From an uncultured Methanosarcinales archaeon (GTDB lineage: Archaea; Halobacteriota; Methanosarcinia; Methanotrichales; Methanotrichaceae): DNA of 64,000 nucleotides. The translations under genes were made by a program, and so were the position numbers. Positions 8,893 to 18,702 of the stretch are shown here, piece after piece (positions within the stretch are counted from its first letter, which is position 1; each line of letters begins with the position of its first letter). The stretch is taken from contig CAWJKV010000018.1 in NCBI GenBank assembly GCA_963843555.1, forward strand, positions 32,001 to 96,000, read 5' to 3'. The notes below the pieces were generated by a model. It saw only the letters and a list, made by a program, of their open reading frames with translations, ran no database searches and was not told the DNA's origin.

Positions 8893-10762
8893 TTAAGTTC
8901 GACGCTTGCACTGGATATCTTCATCGGACGGCATCATATAAGCTATGTCGTCTGCTGGATGGCGGTACAGCCTGGAGCCAAGCCTCTTTTGGTCCAGGAT
9001 ATGCCCGATCAGGCCGATGCTGCGACCGAGCGCAAATAGCCCATTCAGATAACCCAACCGCACGACCTCATCGATCTCCTCTTTGGTGAAAGCACCGCAT
9101 GAGGTCATCAGATCAATAAAGAGAATGCCGATGCAGCCGTCTACATTCAGGATCAGATTCCCCTTCTTGGCTGTGGTTAGCTCTTCCACCTGCAGGGCAT
9201 AGTTGAGAAGCTCCGTGCTGGGGAAATTCGCCCGGGCATAACTTATGAGCAGTTGGACCCGCTTGTCGGGGTTCTTGACGCTCTTGATCTTGTGGCCGAT
9301 GCCAGGAATGTTGATGCCCTTCTTCTTCATCTCTTTCACGAACTGCTCGGGAGCAAGATCAGTCTCGCGAGCGTGCTTGAACTCGCGGGCTGCATCATCG
9401 ATGGCCCCGCCAAAACGCGGACCTATGGTCAATAGGCCGCTGCATAGTGACGAGATGAGATCCTTTCCGGCACACGAGGCCACAATGGCATTATGAGCCC
9501 CGGATACGGCCGGACCGTGGTCCGCCACGATCTGAAGGACCAGTTCGATGAAATGAGAGGCATAGTCCGGCAGCTCCTTCTTGAACCAGAGCAGGCCAAC
9601 AACCCCTCCGATGCCCATCTTCTGGCCCAGAACATCGGAGAGCTTCTTGCCCGCATAGAGCACCTCTTCGCCGCTGTCATCGGAGACGGTGCAGATGAAG
9701 GTGGTGGGCTTGCGAATATCGCCCGATGCAAGCGCTTTGCTGTAGTCGCTGGGAATTTTGGGAACCTCGGGCTCTTCAAATTGCAGAACCACGCCTTTGG
9801 CCAGCAGCATCTCGTATACACGGCGCACAGTCTCGCCATAGTCATCGAATGATGTCAGGCACATAAGCTCCCGCCTCGCGGAAAGCATCGTTCTTGGCCT
9901 GAGCGGTCTCCTTGTGAGAATCGGCCTTGGCACCGGCATGGCCGAACTGAACGCTGGCCGGCAGGAACGGCGAGCAGGTACCTGTTACCCATGCTACCAG
10001 CGGCTTTTTGATCTTTCCCTCTTTCAGGGCCTGAATGATCTTATACTCGTCTTCGCCGCCCAGTTCGCCAAGACAGGCAATCATCTTGATGGCAGGGTTT
10101 TGTTCGTAACGCAGGATGTGGTCGAGCAAGGTCGATCCTGGATAGCGATCTCCTCCGATGGCCACTCCTTCGTAAATGCCGTCCGAATTTCTGGAGATGA
10201 TGTTGAAGGCCTCGTTGAGCATGCCTCCCGATTTGGAGACGAAACCTACACATCCCGGCCGGTAGAGCTTGGAGGCGATGATATTCTCGATGGTCCCTGC
10301 AGTATTGCCGATACGGAAGGCCCCCGCGGTCATGCCGCCCACTGTGGCCGGACCGATGACGATCTTATGGAGCTCTCTGGCTGTGGCACTCATGACACGA
10401 GACTGCCTCTCCGGCACGCCCTCCGCAATTACGGCCACGGTTCGAATGGTCTTCTCCTGCAATGCCTCCATGGTGGTCTCGAAGGCGGAACGGTGACTGG
10501 CAAAGTTCACCATTACATCGGCTTCTGGATAAGCCTTGGCCGCCAGCGAGATGGTCTTATACATGGGCAGAATGATCTCTTTAGTTCCCCAGAATGCCTT
10601 ATGAATGCCGGCTCTGCTGGGATTGATTATGGCAGAGATGCTAGGCGATTCACGTTTGCAGATGTAGTCGAAGTCCAGCATGCGCTGGATGGCATTGGTC
10701 TGATAGCCGTAGACGAATGCTTTGGTGTCTTTATCAAAGAGAACGTATTCTTTCCTGCTCAT
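8893..10762 (-). CDS. aclA: ATP citrate lyase subunit A; frameshift near 9850-9860
   Basis: CoA-binding/SCS-alpha domain (SKSGGM.NE, QFGHAGA) in 9842-10762 joined to the citrate synthase-like domain ([21 protein letters not shown]) in 8893-9939. Confidence 0.92.
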
Positions 10763-12027
10763 TGAGATGCACCTTCCAGGGCCAGGGGAACAATTCTCGT
10801 CATATGGGTCTCGGGTCCATGAACTTCAATGGGCACGCCAAGCCTTCGGCCCAGGTCGCGCATGAGCCTCAAGCCCTGCTCATAATTGGGGCCGCCTCTG
10901 CGCACGTAGATCTTGATACCAGCTTCTTGGAGCAATTCCTTGTACTCCTCCAGGGCCATTGTTACGCCCTTGAAAGTCTTGGCGACATCAGTGAAGTTGG
11001 CAATAGCGCCTCCAATGAGCAGCACCTTTCCTCTGGGGTCCTTTTGGCGCGTCATCAAATCCAGAATTGTCCTGGTGTAGTAGTAAGTCTCCTCGGTGTT
11101 GGGGTCTCCGCTGTATTCGCCATAGTTGGCCATTTCTTTTGCGAATCCCAGATCACAGATCGTATCGGCATAGATCACGCTCGCGCCACCACCTGCAACC
11201 ATAGTCCAGACCCTCCCTTCCGGATTGAGAATGGTCAACTTCAAAGAGGCACCTGTCTTGGAGTCGAGATCCTTGATGAACAATTCCTCTTTGGAGAGAC
11301 TCCTTCCGAAGGGCTCGGGGAAAGCAAGATCGTGCCATCGTTTCCTCTGCCAGTACTCCTCAGCGTCGTCAAGCTTGGCCACCATATCCAGAGGCACAAT
11401 AGCACCGTTATGGAATGTGAAGGGATTGATCTCCAGGTAAGCGAAACCCGTCTCTTTGTAAAACTGCCAGAGAGCTCGGATGAAATTTTCCACGGCAAGT
11501 TTTTTCTCCCCGAGGCTCGCCGGCAGCTTTGACTTGATATCTAAGTCCTCTATTCCTGCCAGGACATCTGCATGCACCCGAACGACCTTGTCCCAATTCT
11601 CCTCCACAGAGACGCCGCCTTGCGTAGAGAAGAATACATTATCGCCATCATAGTCAGAGCTGATAGCTACATAGAACTCCTCGTCATGGGGTATGAAAGG
11701 TTCAATCAGAAAATGAGAGAGCCTTCCGGTGATGCCCCCTAAGACCACCTCAGAACCCATGTTCTCTTTAAGGTACTTCTTCGCCCGATTCCAGTCTGAG
11801 TCCAGCAGAACCAGCCCGTGTTTGCCTCTCTTTCCAAAGAGCTGGTCCGGCTTGACCACAAGCCTTGACGTCTTCAGCCATGGATTAAGAGATACGAGCT
11901 CCTCCAGATCCGTCTCCGGTCCCACCAGGGCGAGATTCCCTTTGTAGGAGAATTCATTGAGGTACTCGGGAAGGTATCTGGCCAACAAACGTTTTGCATC
12001 GTACTCCCTAATGCCTCTCTGTGCCAT
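10759..12027 (-). CDS. aclB: ATP citrate lyase subunit B
   Basis: MAQRGIREYDAK, VKPDQLFGKRGK, MVAGGGASVIYAD, GGAIANFTDVA, RRGGPNY. Confidence 0.93.
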   Translation of the reverse strand: MAQRGIREYDAKRLLARYLPEYLNEFSYKGNLALVGPETDLEELVSLNPWLKTSRLVVKPDQLFGKRGKHGLVLLDSDWNRAKKYLKENMGSEVVLGGITGRLSHFLIEPFIPHDEEFYVAISSDYDGDNVFFSTQGGVSVEENWDKVVRVHADVLAGIEDLDIKSKLPASLGEKKLAVENFIRALWQFYKETGFAYLEINPFTFHNGAIVPLDMVAKLDDAEEYWQRKRWHDLAFPEPFGRSLSKEELFIKDLDSKTGASLKLTILNPEGRVWTMVAGGGASVIYADTICDLGFAKEMANYGEYSGDPNTEETYYYTRTILDLMTRQKDPRGKVLLIGGAIANFTDVAKTFKGVTMALEEYKELLQEAGIKIYVRRGGPNYEQGLRLMRDLGRRLGVPIEVHGPETHMTRIVPLALEGASQ

Positions 12028-12140
12028 GTCCAAAACCACCTTCGCCGCCTTAATGTTTTTCTTATTTACAAACCTTTCTAGAGGCCGAGGTGCCGGATAG
12101 TTGGGCAAATGTTGAAGTACTCAAGTGAGACTGGGATCAT

Positions 12141-13140
12141 ATGAAGTGTCCTGCTTGCGGTATGACCTGTGTTGAGCCGGCAGAGGAAGTCCTGGCGGGG
12201 ATTGAGCAAAGGTATCTTGCCTGCTGCAATTGCCCGCCTGAGCCGAATTTGCACAAAACTCTGTCCCTGAAGAATCTACCCGAAAAGATAGAACGGTGCC
12301 AGTCGTGCGGCAGAGCAACGCTGGATGCCGTAATGCTCGATGCGTTGAGAGTTCTGAAAGAGTTTGGTCTGCGCGACGATATGGATAACCTGCGAAGCGT
12401 TGGCTCGCCGCTTATAGGGGTGGGCTATCCCCTGGCCTATTCGCCCCGCCTTGGCCAGAGGAGCCTGATGATCTCCGGTGAACGGCTCTCTGTTGAGGCT
12501 GCCGAGGCGATGCTGGAGAGAATTCCGGAGATCAAAGGAGTAATACTCTCCAGGGGGGTTCCGGGCATATGCCAATCAGGGACAGAGCCCCTGGAGAACG
12601 TTCTTCTGGCGGGCTGCGACCTGCGCGCCGACATCTGCCAGAGCCTCTTTGGGGAGCTGGTCATCTACAAGAGCCAGTCAAAAATCCATATCGAGTTTTC
12701 CAGGCAGAGCGCCCCCAAGATGAGGATCATTGAGGAGCTAAGCCTGGCCGGCAAGGCTTGCGAGGTAGTGGATGGGCTCTCAGGCCCCGGAACTCTGGGG
12801 CTGATGTGCGCCCTGGCGGGAGCCAAGCGTGTGGTTCTGAATGACGCCTGGCTTCCTGCAGTGCAAAATGTCCTCCTCAATCTGGAAGCCAACCGCAGCC
12901 TGCTCGGAATAGAGGAGATAGAGTATCTGGAAATGCCCGACGGGACTGGTGGGGAATGCTCCGGTGCTCGCAGGCCGCGCCAGCGGCCCGTGCGCGATAG
13001 AGGTCTATCATGGGGATCTGACAAGGCTATTTGAGCGAGCGCGACCTGCCGGCCTCTGCCTTATCGATCACTTCCCGGGCCAGGAGACAAAAGTTCTGGA
13101 GAAGGCCTGCAGCTGCTGCAAAGATGTAGTAATAGTATAG
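12141..13140 (+). CDS. Cys-rich N-terminus plus SAM-methyltransferase-like domain protein; frameshift near 12950
   Basis: CPAC/CCNC/CQSC; VVDGLSGPGTLGL..VVLNDAW Rossmann motif; C-terminus in ORF 12949-13140. Confidence 0.6.
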
Positions 13141-13164
13141 ACAAAGCATACATAAAAAGAATAG

Positions 13165-13239
13165 TGGGACAGCGCGGATTCGAACCGCGGTCCAAGAGTC
13201 CCAAACCCTCGAGGATAGACCAGGCTACCCCACTGTCCC
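13165..13239 (-). tRNA. tRNA-Pro (TGG), no intron, CCA not encoded
   Basis: Reverse complement GGGACAG-TGGGGTAGCCTGGTCTATCCTC-GAGGG TT TGG GA CTCTT-GGAC-CGCGG TTCGAAT CCGCG-CTGTCCC-A folds as a cloverleaf. Confidence 0.95.
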
Positions 13240-13270
13240 AAAGACAAGTGCACCTACTGGACACGGGTAT

Positions 13271-14345
13271 TTAAAAGCCTTTTGCTAATTGTTTCTCAGT
13301 TACAGCCGTCGGGGAAGTATGATTTATCTTCTTCACGAGATACGCCGTCGCCAGGCCGCCGATGGCGGTGAGCATCCAGAGCTGGACGAGTCTGATGAGG
13401 ATGGTCGCTGCCACTGCGATGTGCATGGGCAGACCGATGGCGGCAAAGAGGGTGCTCATCACTAATGTCCACCAATCCGACTCCACCCGGCAAGAATATG
13501 GGCAGCATCTGCAAGAATATCATAACCGCATATACCGCAAATACAGCTTGAAGCGGCACGGAAATGCCCATAGAACGGAAGACGACGACGGCCACCATGG
13601 TCATGGAGAGCCAGCCTACCAATGCCCAGAAGGTGCTGATGAAAAGGGTTCTCTTGTGCTCGACCAGCATCTTCATGGACTGATGGAATCGGTTCATTAT
13701 GCCGCTGCATTGCATCCGATCCACATTGATATGGAAGATCTTTTCGACATAGTCGATCAACTTGAAGATGATTCGCTCCAGCCAGTCGTCTGCAAAGCAG
13801 ATGCCGATGAATGTGGCATTGAGTAACAGCATGATGAGAGCAATGATGCTGCAGGTAGCCAGAACCCAGGGTGGGGCGTCGGTGGCCAGGTACAGGTAAA
13901 CCAGGCCAATCGCTGTACCCAGAAAGAAGGGTATTGCTGTGATGATTCTTGTGGCGGCAACTGTAGCTGAAGACTGATCGATTCGCGAACCTCCGTCCAG
14001 CTTTTCCAGGAAGTAGATGCGAGCCGTCTCTCCTGCGAAGGAGCCAGATGGTATGAGGTTGTTCATGAAACCGCAGGACAGGTAGATGAGAAAGAGATCC
14101 CAGATGGGCACCTTGTAATTGAACTTGAGGACAACTGCCCTCCAGGCCAGGGCATCGCAGAACACACCGAAGAGTGCCAGAATTACAGCCATGGAAAAAA
14201 GGGCAAGATCGACATTTCTGAGGCTGTCAATCACATCCTGGAAGCCCACCTGATATAGATAAAATAGATAGACGCCCATGCCTAATGCAATCAAAGCTAT
14301 TGATTTTCCTGGGCGGATCGTGGGAAGCTCTATCTCGTCGCTCAC
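13271..14345 (-). CDS. UPF0104 / lysylphosphatidylglycerol synthase TM-like (flippase-like) membrane protein; frameshift near 13460
   Basis: NNLIPSG..GE.AR, LPGGVG.VD, LIRLVQLW motifs. Confidence 0.8.
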
Positions 14346-14421
14346 AAAGGGGTCAAGGCAACGATGGTTAAAAATATTCCCATCACAACCTTTTTAAATC
14401 CTGCTTTAATAGGGTCATCTC

Positions 14422-14601
14422 ATGGGAAAGACAGGAAGCATAGAATGGGTCAAGATCAAAGGAAGAAAGGGTCAGGTCAGGCAGGTAACCAAGGCCGAGG
14501 CCACCCATAAGAAGCCCGGTCCAATGCAGAGATATACAGCCTCAGGTTCCAGAGTCAAGAAGATAAAGAGATCCGCGAAGGCTACTCAGATCAGAGCATG
14601 A
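14422..14601 (+). CDS. Small basic 59-aa protein, DUF5350-like (absent from the ORF track)
   Basis: MGKTGSIEWVKIKGRKGQVRQVTKAEATHKKPGPMQRYTASGSRVKKIKRSAKATQIRA*; its stop overlaps the thiI start (ATGA). Confidence 0.75.
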   Translation: MGKTGSIEWVKIKGRKGQVRQVTKAEATHKKPGPMQRYTASGSRVKKIKRSAKATQIRA

Positions 14602-15737
14602 TCTTCCAGGACGTAGTTCTGGTACGTTACGGGGAGATCACTCTAAAGGATAGCTGGACCAGGCAGAACTGGGAACGCATTTTAGCGAGCAATATAGCTT
14701 TTTCCCTGCACAGGGCAGGTGTGGAGCATAAGGTTATCAGGGGCGAGGGCAGGATCTTCGTCCACACCCCCGACGTCAGGGCCAGCGAGATCGCAGCACG
14801 GGTTTTTGGCGTTGTCTCTACAAGTCCTGCCAGGACTGTTTCCTCCGATTTGGAGGAGATGAGCCGACTGGCAGTAGAGATTGCCCTGCAATCAAAGCCG
14901 GCCACTTTTGCCATACGGCCCAGGCGCACAGGGGTCTCGATTTCCAGCGAACAGATCGGCCGGGTCGTGGGAGAGGCAGTTCGACAGGCTACTGGCGCCT
15001 CAGTGGATCTGGATGAGCCGGAGCTGGAGATATTTGTCGAGGCCAGAAGGGACAGGACCTACGTCTTTACCGAGGTCGTGAAGGGTCTGGGGGGCCTGCC
15101 CCTGGGCTCACAGGGAAAGATGTTGGTGCTCATCTCCGGGGGCATTGATTCGCCTGTGGCCGCCTGGATGATGATGAAGAGAGGCTGCCCCGTCACGCTC
15201 CTGCACTTCGACTCCCGGCCTTATGCCGATGCTATAAACCAGTCCATCAGATGCGCCGAGGTTCTGTCGGAATGGACCTCGGGCCGTAAGATCGATTTTA
15301 TCACCATTCCCATCCAGAAGGGAATTGAGAAGATCCAGGCTCACTATCCCCGCGCCACCTGCATTCTTTGCCGGCGCTTGATGTACAGAATAGCGGCAGA
15401 GGTCATGGAGAAAGAAGAAGCTCTGGGTATTGTCACGGGATACTCCATGGGCCAGGTGGCTTCGCAGACGGCGGAGAATATACTGGCCGAGCAGGCCTCA
15501 ATTGGAGTGCCGGTCTTCCATCCGCTCATTGCCATGGATAAGTCCGAGATAATCGACCTGGCCCGGAAGATTGGGACGTACGAGGTGACCGAGGAGACCA
15601 AGTCCTGCACAGCCGTGCCCAACAAGCCCATGACCAGAGCCAAAAAGGACGAGATCCTCCTTGCAGAAGAGGATCTGGGTCTGAGAGATATAGCCAGCGC
15701 TCTGGTCAGAGAGATGAAAGTGACCAGAATCGGGTAG
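14598..15737 (+). CDS. thiI: tRNA 4-thiouridine synthase
   Basis: VRYGEITLK, THUMP domain, GGLPLG.QG, SGGIDSPVA, GQVASQT. Confidence 0.95.
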   Translation: MIFQDVVLVRYGEITLKDSWTRQNWERILASNIAFSLHRAGVEHKVIRGEGRIFVHTPDVRASEIAARVFGVVSTSPARTVSSDLEEMSRLAVEIALQSKPATFAIRPRRTGVSISSEQIGRVVGEAVRQATGASVDLDEPELEIFVEARRDRTYVFTEVVKGLGGLPLGSQGKMLVLISGGIDSPVAAWMMMKRGCPVTLLHFDSRPYADAINQSIRCAEVLSEWTSGRKIDFITIPIQKGIEKIQAHYPRATCILCRRLMYRIAAEVMEKEEALGIVTGYSMGQVASQTAENILAEQASIGVPVFHPLIAMDKSEIIDLARKIGTYEVTEETKSCTAVPNKPMTRAKKDEILLAEEDLGLRDIASALVREMKVTRIG

Positions 15738-16017
15738 AAATTCTATTAGATCAATTCAACATCTTCAAATTTTTAATAAATTATTTTGAATCATATGACC
15801 AAAATTTTCGTGATTTCCACTACCAATGCTAATCTTTTTCAAAAAAATGAATTAAGCACAAAACATAAATATTTAAAGAAGATCTAACAGAATAGTAGTA
15901 GTCTGGAATAATTGAAGAATTGAGAAGAAAAAAGGCCAGAATTCTCTCGAGTCCCAGAAGTTTTCAGCCAGATGAGATGATAACAAAATCCATCAAGACG
16001 TGGGAGGGAAAGGAAAA

Positions 16018-16218
16018 ATGGCAGAAGAGAAAAAGACATCGGGAAAAGAAGGAAAGGGTAAGATGACTGTGCAGGAGGCAGGCAAGAAAGGCGGCATGAA
16101 GACTGCCCAGACGCACGGCAGGGAGTTTTATGAGAAGATCGGCCAAAAAGGCGGCCAGAAGATCAAGGAGCTTATCGAAGAAGGAAAGAAGGCCAGGAGC
16201 CTGTCTGAAGGGAAGTAA
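16018..16218 (+). CDS. KGG-motif hydrophilin (GsiB/Em-like general stress protein)
   Basis: MTVQEAGKKGG...HGREFYEKIGQKGG. Confidence 0.85.
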   Translation: MAEEKKTSGKEGKGKMTVQEAGKKGGMKTAQTHGREFYEKIGQKGGQKIKELIEEGKKARSLSEGK

Positions 16219-16458
16219 GGCAATTTTTTTGTTGCCAAGGAGGTCCTGGCAGAATGTCGATCAATTGCCGTGGTCGATTCTTGCCATTTGCCGGGATTTG
16301 AATGAACGGACGTGGAGAGGAAAATGGACACCATGGGCCCACTTTTCCCGACCTTTTTACACTACCACAATTTAGTCCCGCTATCGAGAAACATGATCGT
16401 CACGTTCAACGCGGCCACAATCAGCCTTGATCACCCAGAACCGCAGCAGTACCGCTGG

Positions 16459-17040
16459 CTAGAGCACCGATCCCGGGCTCTCCTCAAGGATATCGTGCGA
16501 AGAATCCGCCTTTTCGTCTCTCATCTTTACCAGTATCCATCCTCGCTGCGTTTTGGTGAGAGCATAACCGCCTGACAGCTTCTTGCCCTCCAACCAGAAT
16601 GCTGCATGTCCGTTCTCCAGGGCCTGAGCGAGAGTGATATCCTGTCCATCCTTCCTGGACATGTTTATGTAGGGACCTTTATCCCAAACGATCACTGTGC
16701 CGGCTCCGTACTGCCCTTCTGGAATTGTGCCCTGGAATGAGGCGTATTCCAGAGGATGGTCCTCTGTCTGTATCGCCAGGCGCTTGACCTTGGGATCCGT
16801 GGAAGGCCCTTTCGGAACCGCAAAAGACTTGAGAACGCCATCTACCTCCAGGCGCAGATCGTAGTGCAGGCTGCGTGAACTGTGCTTTTGCACCACAAAG
16901 ATCTGGCTGTGAGAACGGGCCCCGCTGCCCAAGGGCTCTGCTGTGATCTCAAAGTTCCTCTTCTCCCTGTAGGATTTTAGCGAATCAGAATTCACGGGAT
17001 CTGATTTTGATGAGTTTGAATTTTTCGAGCCTTCCTCCAT
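16459..17040 (-). CDS. Stand-alone LigD 3'-phosphoesterase domain
   Basis: Y..KRNF..T.EP, FVVQKH...LHYDLRLE.DGVLKS.AVPKGP, RLA..TEDHPL.Y..F.G.IP.G.YGAG.V.VWD.G. Confidence 0.92.
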   Translation of the reverse strand: MEEGSKNSNSSKSDPVNSDSLKSYREKRNFEITAEPLGSGARSHSQIFVVQKHSSRSLHYDLRLEVDGVLKSFAVPKGPSTDPKVKRLAIQTEDHPLEYASFQGTIPEGQYGAGTVIVWDKGPYINMSRKDGQDITLAQALENGHAAFWLEGKKLSGGYALTKTQRGWILVKMRDEKADSSHDILEESPGSVL

Positions 17041-17186
17041 TCTGAACACCTGCACTATTATTCCTTCTGCAATCTAAATAAGCCTTCACCCGGGATGTTG
17101 AACTTGTGGCGGTGGCCAACCTGCATTATGAGAAGGACCGATCAAGTGGAAAAATCTATACGTTCCAAAAGCGAATTAGAGTCTTT

Positions 17187-17747
17187 ATGAGAAATATAAT
17201 TGTTTCAAACTATGTTACCCTTGATGGCTTCTTTGCAGGACCGAATGGAGAAATTGACTGGTTTGTCTGGGATGAAGAGATCGAACAATTCTCAAAAGAT
17301 TTTTTGGCAGGTTCGATAGACACCATCCTTTTTGGACGGGTGACTTATGAGCTGATGGCCGGCTACTGGCCTGTTACTACAGCGGAAGATCCAATCATCA
17401 CCGAAAAAATGAATAATTTACCTAAGATTGTCTTTTCAAAAACCCTGGAAAAGGCTGATTGGAGGAATACAAGGTTAATAAGAGAAATTAACAAGGATGA
17501 TATTCTAAGAATGAAAGGGCAGCCGGGTAAGGATATGGTGATTTATGGCAGTGGCAGCATTGTATCAGCTCTTACGAAATTAGGATTGATCGATGAATAT
17601 TTGATCTATGTCAATCCCATCATCCTGGGCAATGGAAAACAGCAATTCAAAGATATCACGGATAGGATAAATCTCAGGTTGATAAATAGCAAGATATTCA
17701 AATCAGGTGTCGTCTTGCTTCATTATGGTGCGATAGAGAAAGGGTAA
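17187..17747 (+). CDS. Dihydrofolate reductase / RibD C-terminal family protein
   Basis: TLDGF.AGPNG..DW, FGRVTY, GSG.IV, LIDEY.I.VNP.ILG.GK. Confidence 0.88.
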   Translation: MRNIIVSNYVTLDGFFAGPNGEIDWFVWDEEIEQFSKDFLAGSIDTILFGRVTYELMAGYWPVTTAEDPIITEKMNNLPKIVFSKTLEKADWRNTRLIREINKDDILRMKGQPGKDMVIYGSGSIVSALTKLGLIDEYLIYVNPIILGNGKQQFKDITDRINLRLINSKIFKSGVVLLHYGAIEKG

Positions 17748-17803
17748 GAAACAATTTGACCAGGTAGAATGGTTTTCCGGCAATTGTCCGATCTCAATTC
17801 TCA

Positions 17804-18586
17804 TCACTTCATCTTCTGATGTTCAGGGCAGTAGTAGCTGGTTCTCCCTCCGATCTTCTCATGCTGAAGAAGAGCGCCGTCCCTGGGGCAGGTTCCGCCC
17901 GCATAGCGATACGGCAGGAGATAGGAATCGGGCAGATTGGCAAGATTTGCCCCGGTGGAAAGGGCTGTCTTAATAACCTCCTGAATTGACGCAAAGAGGG
18001 CTTCAAGTTGCACCTCATTCAGACAGCGAGACTTGGGACAGATTCCAGCCTGAAAGAGGGCTTCGTCTGCGTAGAGGTTGCCAAGGCCCGCAAGAAGTCT
18101 CTGGTTGAGCAGTGCTGCCTTGATCAAGCCCCGTCTGCCGCTCATAATCTCTATAAAGCCATCCCGGTTGAGCTGCAGGGCGTCGGGGCCGATCTTTCGC
18201 TCTGCCAGGAAAAGGGCAGGACTTGTTGTCAATCCCACCTCGCCGAAGATCCTAGGATCATCGAAGGCCAGCCGGCGGCCGTTCTGAAAAGAGACCAGCA
18301 GGCGGGTGTGACGGGGCTTTGCCGCATGGGCCTGGAGATATACAAGCCTCCCGGTCAGGCCGAGGTGAAGCGTGAGCCAGAGATCGTCCTGCAGCATCAG
18401 AAAGAGCCTTTTTCCATGCCTTTGCACGGATAAAAACTGCTTTCCCGCCAGACTGAGCTCCAATGCCTCTGGAGAGACCCCGGAGAGGATGCGGTTGTCC
18501 AAAACTTTAGCCGCTCTGATGGGCTGGAGCAGTATTGTAGCCTCCAAATACATTCGAGCCGCCTCTACTTCAGGAAGTTCAGGCAT
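17804..18586 (-). CDS. mutM: Fpg/Nei DNA glycosylase/AP lyase
   Basis: MPELPEVE N-terminus, RHGK, HLG.TG, GLGNLYADE, C-terminal CPRDG..GGRTSYYCPEHQ zinc finger. Confidence 0.92.
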   Translation of the reverse strand: MPELPEVEAARMYLEATILLQPIRAAKVLDNRILSGVSPEALELSLAGKQFLSVQRHGKRLFLMLQDDLWLTLHLGLTGRLVYLQAHAAKPRHTRLLVSFQNGRRLAFDDPRIFGEVGLTTSPALFLAERKIGPDALQLNRDGFIEIMSGRRGLIKAALLNQRLLAGLGNLYADEALFQAGICPKSRCLNEVQLEALFASIQEVIKTALSTGANLANLPDSYLLPYRYAGGTCPRDGALLQHEKIGGRTSYYCPEHQKMK

Positions 18587-18702
18587 ATTTTCATGCACCA
18601 TCCAGTCAGTCGATCAGAGTTGGTTCATTACAGCAGTTTAAGGTATACTTGAGGAAACGCCTTATCATATATACCTGGGTTTCCGTTGTATACCATACAA
18701 TT

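Noticed and set aside
13165..13239. tRNA-Pro as an integration site
   Set aside because: No duplicated tRNA 3' end and no integrase seen in the window
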